NCBI GenBank assembly: GCA_943788175.1
Contig: CALSPG010000005.1
Location: forward strand, 416,001-480,000
From: an uncultured bacterium
GTDB taxonomy: Bacteria > Fidelibacterota > Marinisomatia > Marinisomatales > UBA1611
Direction of reading: 5' to 3'
Length of the DNA: 64,000 nt
Part shown: piece after piece, positions 58,163 through 64,000 of the stretch
Numbering within the stretch: position 1 is the stretch's first letter
How the letters are laid out: every line of letters begins with the position of its first letter
The notes under the pieces: model-generated
What the model saw: only the letters and a program-made list of their open reading frames with translations
Database searches by the model: none
Told to the model about the DNA's origin: nothing
Position numbers and translations under genes: made by a program

Positions 58163-58818
58163 TTTAATGAAAATAGGAAGCTATCTAAAAGCATATGGCC
58201 AAAATCAAAGGACTCTTGGATACCTTTTGGCCCCATTTTATGCTCTTTTACAAATGAATTAGTGGCTTCTAAGTGGGCCTGAAACCCCCATATAGGTTTG
58301 TTATTACTAGCAATTGCTTCAATGGAGACCATATCGCTAGATGCTAGAATTGAAAAGTCAGGTGGTATATTTGTGACACCATCTTGATGAGAATAAAGTA
58401 GGTGACCAGATTTTGGTTTGCCCCATATCAGACTTTCTTTTAATTCGACAACTCTATTGCCCTGTTTTATTTCTCCATTCCACAAAGGTCCAACTTTTCC
58501 TCCAAAAACTTTACCTATTAATTGATGTCCGTAGCACAGTCCTAGAATAGGAATATCATTTTTGGATGCATCTAAAAGAATTTCAACAATTTTGTCCTGC
58601 CATGTATTTTCATCATTTACTGATGTTGCGCTACCAAGAATAATAATACCATTTGTTGAGCTAGTATCATATTCTTTAAATAAACTATCAGTATTGTAGA
58701 GTGCAGGTAAATGGTATGTGACAGGCGAGAGTGCTACTTTAGATATACGATTAAAGGATTCAATACAAGGAGTGATAGCCGCGGGGTCGATCACCATAAG
58801 ACTTCGATTATTTTTCAT
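58159..58818 (-). CDS. type 1 glutamine amidotransferase-like protein
   Basis: LGLCYGHQ nucleophile elbow, HQD, FQAHLE (Cys-His-Glu). Confidence 0.85.
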   Translation of the reverse strand: MKNNRSLMVIDPAAITPCIESFNRISKVALSPVTYHLPALYNTDSLFKEYDTSSTNGIIILGSATSVNDENTWQDKIVEILLDASKNDIPILGLCYGHQLIGKVFGGKVGPLWNGEIKQGNRVVELKESLIWGKPKSGHLLYSHQDGVTNIPPDFSILASSDMVSIEAIASNNKPIWGFQAHLEATNSFVKEHKMGPKGIQESFDFGHMLLDSFLFSLK

Positions 58819-59009
58819 GATAGTTAATTAATTGTAATCCCTAAGAGTTCAAAAGTAGTGTATTTTTAATATTTGTATGAACTTTTATTTATTTTAAAAA
58901 TTATCTTATTTAAGATAGAAGGTGCTATTTAGAAGTATTAATAAATTTATTATGATTCTCTTTTCAAGACAAATTTCAAAATTAAATTTTTTATTTAAGG
59001 GGGTTTATA

Positions 59010-62000
59010 TTGTTTAAAAGGGGTCTGTTTATATCATTAATGATAATCATTTTTTTAGTAGGCTGTGATTCCTTTCGAAATAAGACTGATATAAAAATAT
59101 CTGTTTCATTGAAGGATAAATCTAGAATCAATTCCCTTATTTCAGAGCAACAAATTTTATCTGCTGAGCCATTTAATCGGAAGTCAAAAAAGAAAAGTAA
59201 ATCAAATATCTATTTACATATTGATTCCAATAGAACAGGTATTAATTTTATAAATAAATGGAGTCCGGGTCCCCAATATGAAAATCAACTTGAGAATTCT
59301 TTTATATCTGCTGGTGTAGCAATAGGCGATTATAACAATGATGGCCTGCAAGACGTTTTTCTATCTAGGCAGCAAGATGGAGGAAGGTTATATAAAAATT
59401 TAGGTGGAATGCAATTCGAGGATGTCACAGAAATTACAGGCATTTTAGACAATGAAATGTGGAGTACAGGCGTTTCTTTTATTGATATCAATAATGATGG
59501 TTGGTTAGACATATATGTTTGTGGTTTTGATAGTCACAATAAATTATATATTAATACAAAAGGAAAATTTGAAGAGAAAGCGAAGGCTTATGGTCTTGAC
59601 TACAAGGGTGCAAGTGTTATGATGGCCTTTGCAGATTATGATAATGACGGAGATCTTGATGCATACCTACTTACAAATAGATTAACTATGAGTAATGACT
59701 CTGTTATTACAAAAATAACAGGAAGTAAAAATGGAAAACTTCAAGTAGAGGAAGAATATAAAGAGCTTGGATATTTTTTAGAGAGACCGGGCACCTATCC
59801 AGCTTTAATTAATGCTGGTCAGTATGATTATCTTTATAAAAACGAAAATGGATATTTTAAAGATATAACAGCGGAGTCTGGAATAGGAAAAAATCCGTAC
59901 TATGGTTTATCAGCAACATGGTGGGATTATAATAATGATGGTAGACCAGATCTATATGTAGCAAATGATTTTATGGGGCCGGATCATCTGTTTAAAAATA
60001 TGGGACTAAATGAAAATGGCATTGTACAGTTTCTAGATGTAACAGATGAGGCTGTTCCTTACACGCCTTGGTTTTCAATGGGATCTGATTACAGTGATAT
60101 TAATAATGATGGTAAAATAGATTTCATGGCATCGGATATGGCGGGTAGTAATCATTACAGGGATAAAGTTTCTATGGGGGCAATGACGGGGCCTAACAGC
60201 GAAGCTTGGTTTCTTAATTTCCCTAATCCTCCACAATATATGCGGAATATGGTTTATCTAAATACGGGTACGAATAGATTTATGGAAGTGGGATATCTTT
60301 CTGGCTTATCCGCAACGGATTGGACTTGGACAGTGAAATTTGGTGACCTGGATAATGATGGTTATGAGGATGTTTATTTTACTAATGGCATGTCACGTGA
60401 TTTTGGGAATGGGGATGCAAAAGATCGATTTCGAAGTCAAAAAAGTAAATCAGCGAATAATTTTGATTTTTGGAATGACCAAGAACCATACAAGCTTAAA
60501 AATATGGTTTTCAAAAATTTAGGAGATTTAAAATTTGATGATGTCAGTTCAAACTGGGGTCTAGATTATCTTGGTGTAAGTACTGGCTCTGCTCTTGGAG
60601 ACCTTGATGGCGATGGAGATTTAGATATAATAATGAATGGTTTCGATGAAGCAGTTCGTTTGTATGATAATAATCTAAATGACAAAAACTCTATACGTCT
60701 AGAGTTAATAGGAAAAGAAACAAATAGTCGAGGTCTAGGAGCTAGAGTTGAAATGCATTATAACGAAAGTTCAAAGACGATGACTAGATATGTCTCGAGC
60801 TCAAGAGGTTTTATGTCATCGAGTGAATCTATAATTCATTTTGGTCTTGGAGTTTATGAAAAAGCGGACAAAATCACGATATCCTGGCCTTCTGGAATAG
60901 TTCAAATTCTTGAGGACATACCAGTGGGACACCTTTATACAGTAGCAGAAAAAAGTAATTCAAAAAACTTACAGTCAAAACATCAAACTATGTTTAAGAG
61001 AAGCAATGGATCGCTATCTAAGGTTAAGCATCGTGAAAAGATTTTTAATGATTTCAAAAGAGAAAAACTATTGCCAAATAAGTTATCACAACTTGGCTCT
61101 GGCGTTTCGTGGGGGGATGTTGATGGTGATGGTGATGACGATGCCTACCTTGGAGGCGCGTCTGGTTATAGCGGTAAAATTTATATTAATAATGGTTCAG
61201 GTGCTTTTGATTACCTACCCCAAAAAACGTTCATGAAAGATGCTCGGTATGAAGATATGGGCTCTATTTTTATTGACCCTGATAATGATGGTGATCTTGA
61301 TTTGTATGTAGTAAGTGGGGGGGTTGAGTGTGAGCAAAGAGATAAAATTTTACAAGATCGAATATATTTAAATGATGGGAGTGGTAATTATTCGCGTGGA
61401 TTTTCTGGTTTGTTGCCAAAAATGTATGATAGTGGTGGAATTGTTTCGGCTGCTGACATTGATAAAGATGGCAGACTTGAGCTATTCATTGGTGGAAGGG
61501 TCGTTCCAGGTAGCTATCCCCAAAGTCCTAGATCTTATATGTTAAAAAACATAGGGCCTAAGTATGTAGATGTCACAGATGGTATTGCACCAGGTTTAAA
61601 GCAAAAAGGCATGGTGACAAGTGCTATCTTTTCTGATGTGGATGGTGATAATTGGACCGATTTACTTATCTCATATGAATGGGGACCGATACGATTTTTT
61701 CGTAACAACTCAGGCAAGCTTGTAGAAGAAACAGAAAAAGTTGGACTTGGACAAAAACTTGGTTGGTTTAATAGTATCAGTGGAGGGGATATCGATAATG
61801 ACGGCGATACAGACTTCATCGTTGGGAACACTGGGTTTAATTCAAAATATAAAGCAACGAACGAAAATCCTGAATTATTATTTTATGGAGATTTTTATAG
61901 CAGTGGACAAAAAAATATAATTGAGGCAAAGTTTGAACAAAACGTTTGTTTGCCTCGAAGAGGGCTTAGTTGCTCAAGTAATGCAATGCCAATGATTAAA

Positions 62001-62747
62001 GAACAATTTTCTACGTATCATGACTTCGCAATTTCATCTGTTGAAGATATTTATTCAGAGGCGCTATTAAGATCTGCTGAGAAATTCGTTGCGAATGAGT
62101 TGGCTTCAGGTGTTTTGATAAATTCAAAAGATTCAAATGGTGATATTGTTTTTGAATTTCGTCCACTACCAAGAGTCGTCCAAGCAAGTCCAGTATTTGG
62201 CTCTAGTCTATGCGACGTAAACGGCGATGGCTATTTAGATTTATATGTCGTACAAAATTTTTCAGGTCCACAAAGAGAAACTGGCTACATGAAAGGAGGT
62301 GTAAGTCAGTTACTGTTAGGAGATGGAACAGGGGCGTTTAAACTTGTATCTCCAGACGAAAGCGGGTTAGTCGTTGCTGGGGACGCAACGACTCTCACTA
62401 CACATGATTTTAATCGCGATGGGAGTGTCGACTTTTTTGTTGGCGTAAACAATAGCAACTATGAGTTATTTATGAATCAAAAAAAGTCAGATTCTTATGC
62501 TCTAAGGTTACCTGATTTCCCAAAGGGACGTAAATATGCTGGTTCAAAAATCTGGGTCTATTATAAAAATAATTCTGTTCAGCTTCATGAGCTAAATATC
62601 GGGTCTGGTTATCTTTCGCAATCAGCTCCCATAGTGTTCTTAGGAAATAAAAAAAATATAGAAAAAGTTGTAGTACAGTGGGCAGATGGCACTATAAATA
62701 ATATTGATATAAATAAAAATATAAATAATGTTAATTCTATTAACTAA
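59010..62747 (+). CDS. FG-GAP/VCBS-repeat, ASPIC/UnbV-domain (CRTAC1-like) lipoprotein
   Basis: Lipobox LVGC; many D.N.DG..D Ca-binding repeats; GF.SS.....HFGLG and GYLSQS ASPIC-like motifs. Confidence 0.88.
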   Translation: MFKRGLFISLMIIIFLVGCDSFRNKTDIKISVSLKDKSRINSLISEQQILSAEPFNRKSKKKSKSNIYLHIDSNRTGINFINKWSPGPQYENQLENSFISAGVAIGDYNNDGLQDVFLSRQQDGGRLYKNLGGMQFEDVTEITGILDNEMWSTGVSFIDINNDGWLDIYVCGFDSHNKLYINTKGKFEEKAKAYGLDYKGASVMMAFADYDNDGDLDAYLLTNRLTMSNDSVITKITGSKNGKLQVEEEYKELGYFLERPGTYPALINAGQYDYLYKNENGYFKDITAESGIGKNPYYGLSATWWDYNNDGRPDLYVANDFMGPDHLFKNMGLNENGIVQFLDVTDEAVPYTPWFSMGSDYSDINNDGKIDFMASDMAGSNHYRDKVSMGAMTGPNSEAWFLNFPNPPQYMRNMVYLNTGTNRFMEVGYLSGLSATDWTWTVKFGDLDNDGYEDVYFTNGMSRDFGNGDAKDRFRSQKSKSANNFDFWNDQEPYKLKNMVFKNLGDLKFDDVSSNWGLDYLGVSTGSALGDLDGDGDLDIIMNGFDEAVRLYDNNLNDKNSIRLELIGKETNSRGLGARVEMHYNESSKTMTRYVSSSRGFMSSSESIIHFGLGVYEKADKITISWPSGIVQILEDIPVGHLYTVAEKSNSKNLQSKHQTMFKRSNGSLSKVKHREKIFNDFKREKLLPNKLSQLGSGVSWGDVDGDGDDDAYLGGASGYSGKIYINNGSGAFDYLPQKTFMKDARYEDMGSIFIDPDNDGDLDLYVVSGGVECEQRDKILQDRIYLNDGSGNYSRGFSGLLPKMYDSGGIVSAADIDKDGRLELFIGGRVVPGSYPQSPRSYMLKNIGPKYVDVTDGIAPGLKQKGMVTSAIFSDVDGDNWTDLLISYEWGPIRFFRNNSGKLVEETEKVGLGQKLGWFNSISGGDIDNDGDTDFIVGNTGFNSKYKATNENPELLFYGDFYSSGQKNIIEAKFEQNVCLPRRGLSCSSNAMPMIKEQFSTYHDFAISSVEDIYSEALLRSAEKFVANELASGVLINSKDSNGDIVFEFRPLPRVVQASPVFGSSLCDVNGDGYLDLYVVQNFSGPQRETGYMKGGVSQLLLGDGTGAFKLVSPDESGLVVAGDATTLTTHDFNRDGSVDFFVGVNNSNYELFMNQKKSDSYALRLPDFPKGRKYAGSKIWVYYKNNSVQLHELNIGSGYLSQSAPIVFLGNKKNIEKVVVQWADGTINNIDINKNINNVNSIN

Positions 62748-62800
62748 TATTATAATATTGAAAAATTTATAAACTTTAACATTCAGAAAAGTTGAAATAT

Positions 62801-64000
62801 ATGATAACCCAGCTTCTAACTATTTTATTTTTAGTTTTAATCTCCGCCTGTTCAGGCTTAAAAGATTCGCATATTATTTTTTCTGGGAAAATAAAAAACT
62901 CCGTTGATGAAGTTATTACTGTCTCAAATTATAATAGCACAATGAGGGAAGATTTTCCGATTGATTCAGCAGGGAATTTTAAAGCGAATGTCAAAGTTAA
63001 TAAAGGTGGTTACTATTTTTTTAAAATAGGAAGGCCGTATTCGACTGTTAGGTTTAAAAAAGGCAAAAATGTCCATATTGATATAGATGCAGATAATTTT
63101 TTTAAAAGTCGTCGTTATTCTGGTGAATTAAGTTCTGAAAATAATTTTAATGTTGAAAAATCTGCACTTAGATCTGAATTCGTTGGTGATCCAAAAGATT
63201 ATTTTGTCGTTCCATTGCCAGAGTTCTTATCAAAAATAAAAGTTACAAGGGATGCTGTCTTTGAACTAATTGATAAGTCGTCTTTGAGTCAGGAGGATAA
63301 GTTGTTAGAGAAAAGAATTGCTGAATACGATTATTTACAAACCTACAACAATTATCAAAAGTTTTACAGTTATCATAAAAAAACAAACGCTGAGCTGCCT
63401 GATGACTATTACCAGCCAATCATTGATATTAATATTGATGATGATGAGATGTTTAGGCATAGTGGAGCTTATCGAAATTTGATTGTTGCAAATTATAGAC
63501 ATGCCTCTAAAAAAGCTATATCTGAAGACTCTTCATTAACCATCATTGAATTTGTAAGAAATAGGATTTCTAATGTAGAAAGTATAGATACTAGAGATCA
63601 ATTTGCTAGTATGTTAATGCGAAAAATGAAGCAAGGGAATGACAATATTGATGATGATTATCGTCAAATAATGCCACTATTTACTTCTGATAGGATGAAA
63701 CGTAAACTAGAGGCAAAATACAAATCAGCTCTTGAAACTGTCTCTGGAAAAGAGTCTGTAGATTTTAATTATGAAAACTTTTCAGGTGGTGAAACATCTT
63801 TACAAGATTTGTCGGGGAAATTAATCTATATTGACGTTTGGGCTACATGGTGTGGGCCTTGTCTAAAAGAAATGCCTTCTTTGAAAAAACTAGTTAATGA
63901 GTATAAAGGTAAAAATATTGAATTTGTGAGCATATCAATTGATCATAAAAAGGATTATGAAAAGTGGAGAAAAATGGTGCCTGAAAAAAATGTTGGAGGA
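62801..64000 (+). CDS. TlpA/ResA-like thioredoxin-domain lipoprotein, truncated by window end
   Basis: MITQLLTILFLVLISAC lipobox; same frame carries IDVWATWCGPC..E.P near 63840. Confidence 0.85.
   Translation, partial: MITQLLTILFLVLISACSGLKDSHIIFSGKIKNSVDEVITVSNYNSTMREDFPIDSAGNFKANVKVNKGGYYFFKIGRPYSTVRFKKGKNVHIDIDADNFFKSRRYSGELSSENNFNVEKSALRSEFVGDPKDYFVVPLPEFLSKIKVTRDAVFELIDKSSLSQEDKLLEKRIAEYDYLQTYNNYQKFYSYHKKTNAELPDDYYQPIIDINIDDDEMFRHSGAYRNLIVANYRHASKKAISEDSSLTIIEFVRNRISNVESIDTRDQFASMLMRKMKQGNDNIDDDYRQIMPLFTSDRMKRKLEAKYKSALETVSGKESVDFNYENFSGGETSLQDLSGKLIYIDVWATWCGPCLKEMPSLKKLVNEYKGKNIEFVSISIDHKKDYEKWRKMVPEKNVGG

Noticed and set aside
59300-62450. Recurrent GAT/AAT/GGT-rich DNA resembling tandem repeats or a CRISPR array
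   Set aside because: Degenerate protein-level FG-GAP repeats; no identical direct repeats with regular spacers
1-64000. Mobile elements, prophage, defence systems, tRNA/rRNA
   Set aside because: No transposase, integrase, phage structural, nuclease/methylase genes or GC-rich structured RNA segments were recognisable by eye

Overview
AT-rich, gene-dense bacterial chromosomal segment with about 55 CDS. I found no rRNA, tRNA, CRISPR array or mobile element. Gene content (Por/FlgD-like 'PNPFN' C-terminal tails, a dockerin-tailed enzyme, ASPIC/UnbV FG-GAP lipoprotein, PPi-PFK, inverted-topology photolyase) suggests a marine FCB-group bacterium, possibly Marinimicrobia/SAR406; this is inference only. 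The main highlight is a ~17 kb, three-operon locus (5061-22117). It encodes a fused ATP sulfurylase/APS kinase, a PAPS-dependent sulfotransferase, a FabH/KAS III enzyme, a START lipid-binding protein, an outer-membrane barrel, two MMPL/RND + LolA-like exporter pairs and two secreted aryl-sulfate sulfotransferases. It is a candidate uncharacterised system for sulfated-lipid synthesis, export and trans-envelope sulfate shuttling. Other content: a thiamine salvage pair, an amidohydrolase pair, pentose-phosphate genes, and a PerR-rubrerythrin-Fe-S oxidoreductase-DUF3501 oxidative-stress locus with a candidate operator. There are also two peptidoglycan-peptide turnover clusters (one with SpmAB), a photolyase/DUF2256 cluster, and two frameshifted genes (lemA, LolA-like) that are probably sequence errors. 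All family calls come from motif recognition by eye, not database searches.
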